Origin: an uncultured Mycobacteriales bacterium | Lineage (GTDB): Bacteria > Actinomycetota > Actinomycetes > Mycobacteriales > CADCTP01 | DNA length: 63,554 nucleotides | Reading direction: 5' to 3' | NCBI GenBank assembly: GCA_902805565.1 | Contig: CADCTP010000212.1 | Location: 1-63,554 of the forward strand | In this document: piece after piece, positions 43,522 through 50,541 of the stretch | Layout: each line of letters opens with the position of its first letter | Numbering within the stretch: position 1 is the stretch's first letter | Translations under genes and position numbers: made by a program | The notes under the pieces: model-generated | What the model was told of the DNA's origin: nothing | Seen by the model: only the letters and a program-made list of their open reading frames with translations | The model's database searches: none

Positions 43522-44424
43522 CTACGAGGCGTGCCGGGCGGCGGCGGTGCGCAGGCCGGCGAGGACGGCGGCGACGCCGGGGACCCGGCGGGCGTCCGGG
43601 CGGACCAGCACCTCCACGACCCGGTCGTCCACCCCGCGGACCGGCACCGCCCGCACCCCCTCCTGCACGGAGGCGGCGAACGCCCAGGCGGGCAGGAGGG
43701 CGACCCCCAGCCCCGAGGCGACCAGCCGCTGGGCGACGACGTGGTCGTCGGTCGCGAAGCGCACGTCGGGGGTGAAGCCGGCCGCCGACGCGCAGCGCAG
43801 CAGGTGCGCGCGGCAGCGCGCGCAGCCGGCGATCCAGCGCTCGCCGGCCAGGTCGGCCAGCCGGTCCGGGCCGGCGGGCCGGTCCGCGGGGACCGCCGCG
43901 AGCACCCCGTGCCGGGTCAGCGGCTCGCGCAGCAGGTCGCCCTCGCCCGGCGCGGTGTCGAGGACGTGCCGGAAGACGACCGCGACGTCCGCCGAGCCGT
44001 CCCGTACGGCGGCCTCCGCCTCGGGCGGCTCGCACTCGTCCAGGTGCACGTCCAGCCGCGGCGCCTGCCGCAGCAGCGCGGCCAGCACCGGCGGCAGCAG
44101 CACGGCGGCCGCCGTCGGGAACGCTGCGACCCGTACCCGCCCGGTCCGCAGGCCGGCCAGCGCGGCGAGGTCATGCTCGGCGGCCTCCAGCCGGTCGGCG
44201 ACCGCGTCGGCGTGCCGCAGCACGACCCGGCCGGCCTCGGTCAGCGCGACGCCGCGACCGGCCCGGACGACCAGCGGCGTGCCGGCGGCCTCCTCCAGCC
44301 GCCGGACGTGCTGGCTGACCGCCGGCTGCGTCCACCCCAGCGCGCGCGCCGCCCCGGCCAGCGAACCGGCCCGGGCGACCTCGCGGAAGATCAGCAGTCG
44401 GCGGGGGTCGCCCAGGGCGGTCAT
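43522..44424 (-). CDS. LysR-family transcriptional regulator (300 aa)
   Basis: N-terminal HTH LLIFREVARAGSLAGAARALGWTQPAVSQHVRRLE. It is divergent from the racemase gene. Confidence 0.85.
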   Translation of the reverse strand: MTALGDPRRLLIFREVARAGSLAGAARALGWTQPAVSQHVRRLEEAAGTPLVVRAGRGVALTEAGRVVLRHADAVADRLEAAEHDLAALAGLRTGRVRVAAFPTAAAVLLPPVLAALLRQAPRLDVHLDECEPPEAEAAVRDGSADVAVVFRHVLDTAPGEGDLLREPLTRHGVLAAVPADRPAGPDRLADLAGERWIAGCARCRAHLLRCASAAGFTPDVRFATDDHVVAQRLVASGLGVALLPAWAFAASVQEGVRAVPVRGVDDRVVEVLVRPDARRVPGVAAVLAGLRTAAARHAS

Positions 44425-44430
44425 GCCGCA

Positions 44431-44447
44431 CCCAAGCACAGCTTGGG
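44431..44447. promoter_or_regulatory. Inverted repeat CCCAAGC-ACA-GCTTGGG in the lysR/racemase divergent spacer
   Basis: Perfect 7-3-7 palindrome 7 nt upstream of the lysR ATG (44424). Candidate LysR box. Confidence 0.4.
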
Positions 44448-44505
44448 GGTGCTGGGCGACCCCATGCTCTGGCGCTCCCCCACCACCGGGCCGCAGCCTG
44501 GAGGC

Positions 44506-45195
44506 ATGAAGACCATCGGGATGCTCGGCGGCATGAGCTGGGAGTCGACGGCGCTGTACTACCGCCTGGCCAACGAGCTGATCCGCGACCGCTTCGGCGG
44601 GCTGGCCAGCGCCGACCTGCTGGTCCGCAGCGTCGACTTCGCGCCGGTGCGCGAGCTGCAGCTGCAGGACCGCTGGGACGAGGCGGCCGGCCTGCTGCTG
44701 CGCGAGGCCAAGGCGCTGGAGGCCGCGGGCGCCGACCTGCTGGTGCTGTGCACCAACTACATGCACAAGACGGCGCCGGTGCTCGAGGCCGGGCTGGGGG
44801 TGCCGTTCCTGCACATCGCCGACGTCGCGGCCCGGGCGGCCGGCGCGCTCGGCGCCACCCGGGTCGGCCTCATCGGCGCCGCCGGGACGATGGCCGAGCC
44901 GTTCTACGCCGAGCGGGTCGGCCGGCACGGGATCGACGTCGTCGTGCCCGGCGACGCCGACCGGCAGCGGCTGGAGCGGGCGATCTTCGACGAGCTGTGC
45001 CAGGGCGTGCTGTCCGCGGGGACCCGTACCGACCTGCGGCGGATCCTCGCCGGGCTGGTCGGGCAGGGCGCCGAGGCCGTCGTGCTCGGCTGCACCGAGC
45101 TGGAGCTGCTGCTGGGCGCGGAGGACTGCGCCGTCCCGCTGCTGCCCACCGCCCGGCTGCACGTCCGGGCCGCGGTCGAGGCCGCCCTGGCCTGA
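44506..45195 (+). CDS. Aspartate/glutamate racemase family protein (229 aa)
   Basis: MKTIGMLGGMSWEST start. Two Cys-containing active-site segments (LVLCTNYMH and VVLGCTELEL). CTGGAGG SD. Confidence 0.8.
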   Translation: MKTIGMLGGMSWESTALYYRLANELIRDRFGGLASADLLVRSVDFAPVRELQLQDRWDEAAGLLLREAKALEAAGADLLVLCTNYMHKTAPVLEAGLGVPFLHIADVAARAAGALGATRVGLIGAAGTMAEPFYAERVGRHGIDVVVPGDADRQRLERAIFDELCQGVLSAGTRTDLRRILAGLVGQGAEAVVLGCTELELLLGAEDCAVPLLPTARLHVRAAVEAALA

Positions 45196-45298
45196 CCGGA
45201 GGAGGTCGGCGTGGTCGGGGCCGTGGGATCCGGCCTGCCGGCGTACTGTCGCCGGTGGTCGCCGGACCCGGCGACGGTGGCCCGGCCGTCCGCGGCGC

Positions 45299-45519
45299 GA
45301 CGTCCGGCGGGCCGGCGACCTGGTGGTGGCGGTGTGCGACAGCGCGCACGAGGAGCTCGGCCCGGCTCCGGACCGGCTGCACCGGTCGGTGCCCGTACGG
45401 TCCGGACCGACGGCGACGTCGCCTTCGAGCGGGCGTACGACGAGCCGGCCGACCGGGTCGACCGGCTCGCCACCGCAGTCCCCGGCCACCACACCCCGAC
45501 CGCCAGGAGCACCCGATGA
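45299..45519 (+). pseudogene. Decayed LMW-phosphatase/ArsC-like gene remnant (N-terminally truncated, frameshifted)
   Basis: One frame reads DLVVAVCDSAHEELGPAPDRLHRSVP (45317-45394). The next frame continues VRTDGDVAFERAYDEPADRVDRLA (45400-45471). The break is near 45392-45400. No P-loop CX5R region can fit between the racemase stop at 45195 and this segment. The remnant's stop overlaps the arsC ATG (ATGA at 45516-45519). Confidence 0.55.
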
Positions 45520-45965
45520 CCAGCCCGCCGCGGCCCCCGACACCGCAGGACCCGACCGCCGCCCCGCCGGAGGTCCTGTTCGTCTGCGTGCACAACGCCG
45601 GCCGCTCCCAGATGGCCGCCGCGCTGCTGGACTCGCACGCCGCCGGGCGGGTCCGGGTCACCTCCGCCGGCTCCGCACCGGCCGACAGCGTCAACCCGGC
45701 CGTGGTCGAGGCCATGCGCGAGGTCGGCCTGGACATCTCCCGCGAGTTCCCCAAGCGGCTGACCACCGACGCGGTCCGGGCCGCCGACGTGGTGATCACC
45801 ATGGGCTGCGGCGACGCGTGCCCGGTCTTCCCGGGCAAGCGCTACCTGGACTGGAAGCTGGACGACCCGGCCGGCCAGGGCGTCGAGGCCGTACGCCCCA
45901 TCCGGGACGAGATCGACCGCCGCGTCCGCGCGCTGCTGGCCGAGCTCACCGGCGCGCCGGCGTAG
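45516..45965 (+). CDS. arsC: Arsenate reductase, LMW-PTP (thioredoxin/mycoredoxin-coupled) type (149 aa)
   Basis: P-loop VLFVCVHNAGRSQMAAAL, plus SAGS and ITMGCGDACP. AGGAG SD 7 nt before the ATG. Confidence 0.85.
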   Translation: MTSPPRPPTPQDPTAAPPEVLFVCVHNAGRSQMAAALLDSHAAGRVRVTSAGSAPADSVNPAVVEAMREVGLDISREFPKRLTTDAVRAADVVITMGCGDACPVFPGKRYLDWKLDDPAGQGVEAVRPIRDEIDRRVRALLAELTGAPA

Positions 45966-46043
45966 GCGCGGCGGCCGGCGCGCGCCTCGGGCCGGGTCCG
46001 CCCCGATCCGCGCACCGGCGGCTCAAGGACGGTCCCCGGCCGG

Positions 46044-46418
46044 TCAGGACCGGGAGCCGGTGAGCGCCCGGGCGATCTCGGCGAGCCGCGCCGGCACGGC
46101 CCGGTAGTACATCCAGACCCCCCGCTTCTCCCGCGTGACCAGCCCCGCCTCGTGCAGGACCTTGAGGTGGTGGCTGACCGTCGGCTGGGAGAGACCGACC
46201 GGCCCGATCAGGTCGCAGACGCACGCCTCGCCGTCCGGCCCGGCCTGGATCAGGCTGAGCAGCCGCAACCGGACCGGGTCGGCGACCGCCTTCAGCACCG
46301 AGGCCAGACCGACGGCCTCGTCGTGGTCGAGCACCGCCCCGGTGATCGGCGGGCAACAGGACGCCGCGGCCGGCGCGACAACGGACGGCTCCAGGCTCGA
46401 TACGCCGGCGGCACCCAT
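46044..46418 (-). CDS. arsR: ArsR/SmtB-family metalloregulator (124 aa)
   Basis: LKAVADPVRLRLLSLI, the metal site EACVCDL, HTH LSQPTVSHHLKVLHEAGLV, and an N-terminal vicinal Cys pair (ASCCPP). Confidence 0.85.
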   Translation of the reverse strand: MGAAGVSSLEPSVVAPAAASCCPPITGAVLDHDEAVGLASVLKAVADPVRLRLLSLIQAGPDGEACVCDLIGPVGLSQPTVSHHLKVLHEAGLVTREKRGVWMYYRAVPARLAEIARALTGSRS

Positions 46419-46448
46419 GAGCCCAGTGTGGCACCCGACCGGCCGGCG

Positions 46449-46520
46449 CATCGACGGACGTCGATGGTTGCACGCATCGATCCTCATCGATACGTTCGAC
46501 CCATCGAAGGGCGTCGATGG
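46449..46520. promoter_or_regulatory. Array of TCGAT-type repeats in the arsR / oxidoreductase divergent spacer (candidate ArsR operators)
   Basis: CATCGACG-GA-CGTCGATG (46449-46466, perfect 8-2-8). CATCGAT-CCT-CATCGAT (46475-46491). CCATCGA-AGGGCG-TCGATGG (46501-46520, perfect 7-6-7, overlapping ATG 46517). Confidence 0.55.
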
Positions 46521-47842
46521 AGGAGTACGTGGTGGACGGATATCCCGTGGTGGTGGTCGGAGCGGGTCCGATCGGGCTGGCGGCCGCGGCCCGGCTGCTG
46601 GAGCGCGGCCTGGAGCCGCTGGTCCTGGAGGCCGGGCCGGTGGCCGGGGCGGCGGTGGCGCAGTGGCGGCACGTGCGGTTGTTCTCGCCGTGGTCGGAGG
46701 TGATCGACCCGGCGGCCGGGACGCTGCTCGCCGGCACCGGGTGGCGCAGCCCCGAGCCGGGGGCGTACCCGACCGGCGCCGAGTGGGCCGGCTCCTACCT
46801 CCGGCCGCTCGCCGCGGCCCTGGGTGGACGCGTCCGGTACGGCACCACCGTGGTCGGGGTGGCCCGCCGCGGCCGGGACCGGGTCGTCGACGCCGGCCGG
46901 GACACCGAGCCGCTGACCGTGCACGTCCGCACCGCCACCGGCGAGCAGCGGATCCCGGCCCGCGCCGTCGTCGACGCCTCGGGCACCTGGTCCACGCCGA
47001 ACCCGCTGGGCGCCGACGGCCTCCCCGCGACCGGGGAGCGCGAGGCCGCGGACCGGATCAGCTACCGCGTGCCGGACCTCGCCGACCCGGCCGTCCGGGC
47101 CCGGTACGCCGGCCGCCGGACCGCCATCGCCGGCAGCGGGCACAGCGCACTGACCGCCCTGGTCGCCTTCACCGAACTGGCGCCGGACACCGGGCTGGTC
47201 TGGCTGCTGCGCCGCGGCGAGGTCGGCGCCGTCCTCGGCGGTGGCGACGCCGACGAACTGCCGGCCCGGGGAGCGCTCGGCCGCCGGGCCGCCGCCGCGG
47301 TCGGGGCCGGGCGGATCGAGGTGGTGCGCGGCTTCCGTACCGCCGAGGTCCGGCCCGGGCCGGTGCTGGTGGGCGAGGACGGCCGCGAGGTGCCGGCCGA
47401 CGAGGTCGTGGTGCTGACCGGGTTCCGCCCGGACCTGTCCTGGCTGTCGGAGCTGCGCCTGGAGCTGGACCCGACCCTGCAGGCCCCGGTCGCCCTGGCC
47501 CCGCTCATCGACCCCAACGTGCACTCCTGCGGCACCGTGTACCCGCACGGCGTCCGCGAGCTGTCCCACCCCGAGCCCGGCGTGTTCCTGGTCGGGATGA
47601 AGAGCTACGGCCGGGCCCCGACCTTCCTGGCCCGGACCGGCTACGAACAGGTCCGCAGCATCGCCGCCGCCCTCGCCGGCGACACCGCCGCCGCCGAGCG
47701 GGTCGAGCTGACCCTCCCGGAGACCGGCGTCTGCGGCGGCTCCGGCCTCTACGACGAATCCGGAGCCGCCGGGGCGGACGGCGGCTGCTGCGTCCCGCCG
47801 GCCGCGCCGGTCGCCGTGTCGATCGGCACCGGTCGGGGCTGA
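46517..47842 (+). CDS. FAD/NAD(P)-dependent oxidoreductase, ArsO-like flavoprotein with a Cys-rich C-terminal tail (441 aa)
   Basis: Two dinucleotide folds (VVVVGAGPIGL and AIAGSGHSA). The tail reads GVCGGSG...GGCCVPP. Confidence 0.75.
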   Translation: MEEYVVDGYPVVVVGAGPIGLAAAARLLERGLEPLVLEAGPVAGAAVAQWRHVRLFSPWSEVIDPAAGTLLAGTGWRSPEPGAYPTGAEWAGSYLRPLAAALGGRVRYGTTVVGVARRGRDRVVDAGRDTEPLTVHVRTATGEQRIPARAVVDASGTWSTPNPLGADGLPATGEREAADRISYRVPDLADPAVRARYAGRRTAIAGSGHSALTALVAFTELAPDTGLVWLLRRGEVGAVLGGGDADELPARGALGRRAAAAVGAGRIEVVRGFRTAEVRPGPVLVGEDGREVPADEVVVLTGFRPDLSWLSELRLELDPTLQAPVALAPLIDPNVHSCGTVYPHGVRELSHPEPGVFLVGMKSYGRAPTFLARTGYEQVRSIAAALAGDTAAAERVELTLPETGVCGGSGLYDESGAAGADGGCCVPPAAPVAVSIGTGRG

Positions 47843-47844
47843 GC

Positions 47845-47880
47845 GGCCCCGACACCGCCGGCCCCGACACCGCCGGCCCC
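47845..47880. repeat. Tandem 15-mer GGCCCCGACACCGCC x2.4
   Basis: Copies at 47845-47859 and 47860-47874, plus a partial copy at 47875-47880, starting 3 nt after the oxidoreductase stop. Confidence 0.8.
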
Positions 47881-47955
47881 GGGCGGCGTCGGAGTACGGG
47901 CCGGGCCAGCCGGCGAGCGGGATCGGGGCGTGGAAAAAAGTCGTCCGGGCCATGT

Positions 47956-47975
47956 CCGGACCGGCGCCGGTCCGG
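47956..47975. repeat. Perfect 20-bp palindrome CCGGACCGGCGCCGGTCCGG
   Basis: Self-complementary over all 20 nt. It sits in the spacer before the DUF998 gene. Confidence 0.8.
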
Positions 47976-48030
47976 CGACGCACGGGTGAAGGGCACCGCG
48001 AGGAGGTGCCCGTGGCCCAGGGAGCGGACC

Positions 48031-48741
48031 ATGTCGAGCACCATCAGCACCGCCGGCACTTCTGTCGCCGACACCCCCACCGGCCCTGTCGCGGGGTCGG
48101 CCGCGGCGGCCCGCGAGCGGCGTACGACGGCGCGCCTGCTGTCGGCCGGTGTCGTCGCCGGGCCGCTGTTCCTTACCGTCGGGTCGGTCCAGGCGGCCAC
48201 CCGCGACGGTTTCGACCTGGACCGGCACCCGCTGAGCCTGCTCGCGCTGGGGCAGCTCGGGTTCGTGCAGCTCGCGAACTTCGTCGTGACCGGTGTCCTG
48301 CTGGCCGTGGCCGCGGTCGGGCTGCGCCGGGCCCTGGGCCCGGGGGCCGGCGCGACCTGGGGGCCGCGGCTCGTCGCCGGCTTCGGCGCCGGCATGGTCC
48401 TGGCCGGTGTCTTCGTCGCCGACCCCGCGGACGGCTTCCCGGTGGGCACGCCCGCCGGGCCGGGGCAGGTCAGCTGGCACGGCGCGCTGCACGGCCTCGG
48501 GTTCGCGGTGGCGATGCTGTCCTGGGTGTCGGCCTGCCTCGTGCTCGCCCGCTGCTTCGCCGCCCGCGGCCGGCGGGCCCGGGCCGCCGGGTGCGTCGCC
48601 GCGCTCGCCGTCGCCGCGGCGGTCGCCGCCTCGCCGCAGGTGGGCAGCGTCGGTGTCCGGCTCGTGCTGGTGTCCGCCGTCCAGTTCGCGCTCGTCGCCG
48701 CGGTATCCGCCGGGCTCGCCCGGGCACCCCGCACCGCATGA
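48031..48741 (+). CDS. DUF998-like integral membrane protein (236 aa)
   Basis: Six or seven hydrophobic spans. Motifs DLDRHPLSLLALG and SWHGALHGLGF are typical of the family as I recall it. Confidence 0.6.
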   Translation: MSSTISTAGTSVADTPTGPVAGSAAAARERRTTARLLSAGVVAGPLFLTVGSVQAATRDGFDLDRHPLSLLALGQLGFVQLANFVVTGVLLAVAAVGLRRALGPGAGATWGPRLVAGFGAGMVLAGVFVADPADGFPVGTPAGPGQVSWHGALHGLGFAVAMLSWVSACLVLARCFAARGRRARAAGCVAALAVAAAVAASPQVGSVGVRLVLVSAVQFALVAAVSAGLARAPRTA

Positions 48742-48794
48742 TCAACGCCGGCAGCGCCGGCCCACGTCCGTCCATCCCCTCGAAGGAGACCGAG

Positions 48795-49157
48795 ATGCAG
48801 TTCATGACCATGCTGAAGATGCGTGAGGACGTCGGCGCGCCGCCGCCGGAGTTCCACGAGGCGATGGGCCGCTACATCGCCGAGGTCGCGGCCGGGGGCC
48901 GGCTGGTCACCATGGGCGGCCTGCTGCCCAGCGCCGCCGGCGCCGAGATCCGCGCCGGCGGCGGCGGGATCGCCGTGACGCACGGCCCGTTCGCCGAGGC
49001 CACCGAGCTGGTGGGTGGCTACGCCGTCTTCCGGGTCGGGTCCCTGCAGGAGGCCGTCGCGATGGCGACCGACTTCGTCCGGCTGCACGTCGAGCACTGG
49101 CCGGGCTGGGAGGGCGCCTCCGAGGTCCGCCAGATCATGGAGCCGCCGGGCGCCTGA
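48795..49157 (+). CDS. YciI/DGPF-domain protein (120 aa)
   Basis: THGPFAEATELVGGYAVF matches the DGPF(A/S)E motif. GAAGGAG SD. Confidence 0.75.
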   Translation: MQFMTMLKMREDVGAPPPEFHEAMGRYIAEVAAGGRLVTMGGLLPSAAGAEIRAGGGGIAVTHGPFAEATELVGGYAVFRVGSLQEAVAMATDFVRLHVEHWPGWEGASEVRQIMEPPGA

Positions 49158-49230
49158 CCGCACCCGCGCACCCGGGCGAGCCGCGTACGCCGGCTTGCCC
49201 GGGTGCGGCCGTCCCTGCTTCCATCCGCCG

Positions 49231-50529
49231 GTGACCAGCTCGCACGACGCCGTGGTGACCGCCTGGCGGGAGCAGGCACCGCGCCTGATCGGTGGTCTGG
49301 TGCGGCTGACCCGGGACGTCGACCTCGCCGAGGACCTCGCCAACGACGCGATGGTCGCGGCGCTGGAGCAGTGGCCGGCGACCGGTGTCCCGCAGAATCC
49401 CGCCGCCTGGCTGATGACGGTGGCCAAGCGCCGCGCCGTCGACCAGCTGCGCCGCGCCGAGCGGCACGGCCGGGCCGAGACCTGGCTCGCCCACGAGCTG
49501 CGTACCGAGGAGGTGGGGCAGGTGCACGGTGCCGACCCGGCCGACGCGGTCGACACCGTCGAGGACGACGTGCTCCGGCTGATGCTGCTGACCTGCCATC
49601 CCGCGCTGACGCCGGAGTCGCAGGTCGCGCTCACCCTGCGGCTGGTGGGCGGGTTGACCTCCCGGGAGATCGCCCGCGCGTTCCTGGTGCCGGAGGCCAC
49701 CGTCGTCCGCCGGATCACCCGGGCCAAGACCACCCTGGCGCAGGTCGCCCGCGGCCAGGACCCCGACGGCGGCGCGCTCGTCGACCCGCCGGACGCGGCC
49801 GGGCGCGTCCGCCGGCTGCCTGCCGTGCTGCACGTGCTCTACCTCGTGTTCACCGAGGGCTACGCCGCCACGGCCGGTGCCGACTGGTTGCGTCCCGAGC
49901 TGTGCGACGAGGCGATCCGGCTCGGCCGCCTCGTCGCCGCGCTGGTCCCCGGCGAACCCGAGGCCCACGGCCTGCTCGCGCTCATGCACCTGCAGGCCTC
50001 CCGCGCCCCGGCCCGGACCGATGCCGCGGGCGACCCGGTGCTGCTGGAGCGGCAGGACCGCGGCCGCTGGGACCGCGACGCCATCGCCCGCGGCGTCGAG
50101 TCCCTCGGTCGCGCGCTGGCCGCCGGCGCGCCGGGCCCGTACACGCTCCAGGCCGCGATCGCCGCCTGCCACTCCCGGGCCGCCACCGTGCGGGACACCG
50201 ACTGGACGACGATCGCCGGCCTCTACGACCGGCTCGCCGCGTCCACCGGCTCCCCGATGGTGCTGCTCAACCGGGCCGTCGCCCGCGGGATGGCGGACGG
50301 CCCGCAGGTCGGGCTGCGGCTGGTCGAGGAACTGGCCGGCGTCCCCGGCCTGCGCGGGCACCACCTGCTGCCGAGCGTGCGCGGCGACCTGCTCGCCCGA
50401 CTCGGGCGCGGCACGGACGCGTGCGCCGAGTTCGAGCGCGCCGCCGCCCTCGCGGCCAACGCCCGGGAACGGGCGCTGCTGCTCCGGCGCGCCCACGCCC
50501 TCCGCGCCGACCCGGCCGGGGACGGCTAG
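49231..50529 (+). CDS. ECF sigma factor with a long C-terminal extension (ECF42-like) (432 aa)
   Basis: Region 2 (DLAEDLANDAMVAALEQW) and region 4 (LTSREIARAFLVPEATVVRRITRAKTTL) are followed by about 230 aa of helical, TPR-like extension. It lies directly downstream of a DGPF gene. Confidence 0.8.
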   Translation: MTSSHDAVVTAWREQAPRLIGGLVRLTRDVDLAEDLANDAMVAALEQWPATGVPQNPAAWLMTVAKRRAVDQLRRAERHGRAETWLAHELRTEEVGQVHGADPADAVDTVEDDVLRLMLLTCHPALTPESQVALTLRLVGGLTSREIARAFLVPEATVVRRITRAKTTLAQVARGQDPDGGALVDPPDAAGRVRRLPAVLHVLYLVFTEGYAATAGADWLRPELCDEAIRLGRLVAALVPGEPEAHGLLALMHLQASRAPARTDAAGDPVLLERQDRGRWDRDAIARGVESLGRALAAGAPGPYTLQAAIAACHSRAATVRDTDWTTIAGLYDRLAASTGSPMVLLNRAVARGMADGPQVGLRLVEELAGVPGLRGHHLLPSVRGDLLARLGRGTDACAEFERAAALAANARERALLLRRAHALRADPAGDG

Positions 50530-50541
50530 CGGCGCGGATCG

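Noticed and set aside
40715-45195. Composite track ORFs 40715..44035 (-, 1106 aa) and 42208..45195 (+, 995 aa)
   Set aside because: Each fuses one real gene (the MFS at 40715-42142, or the racemase at 44506-45195) to a long out-of-frame or antisense reading of its neighbours. Real gene borders are set by GTGA overlaps, SD sequences and family motifs.
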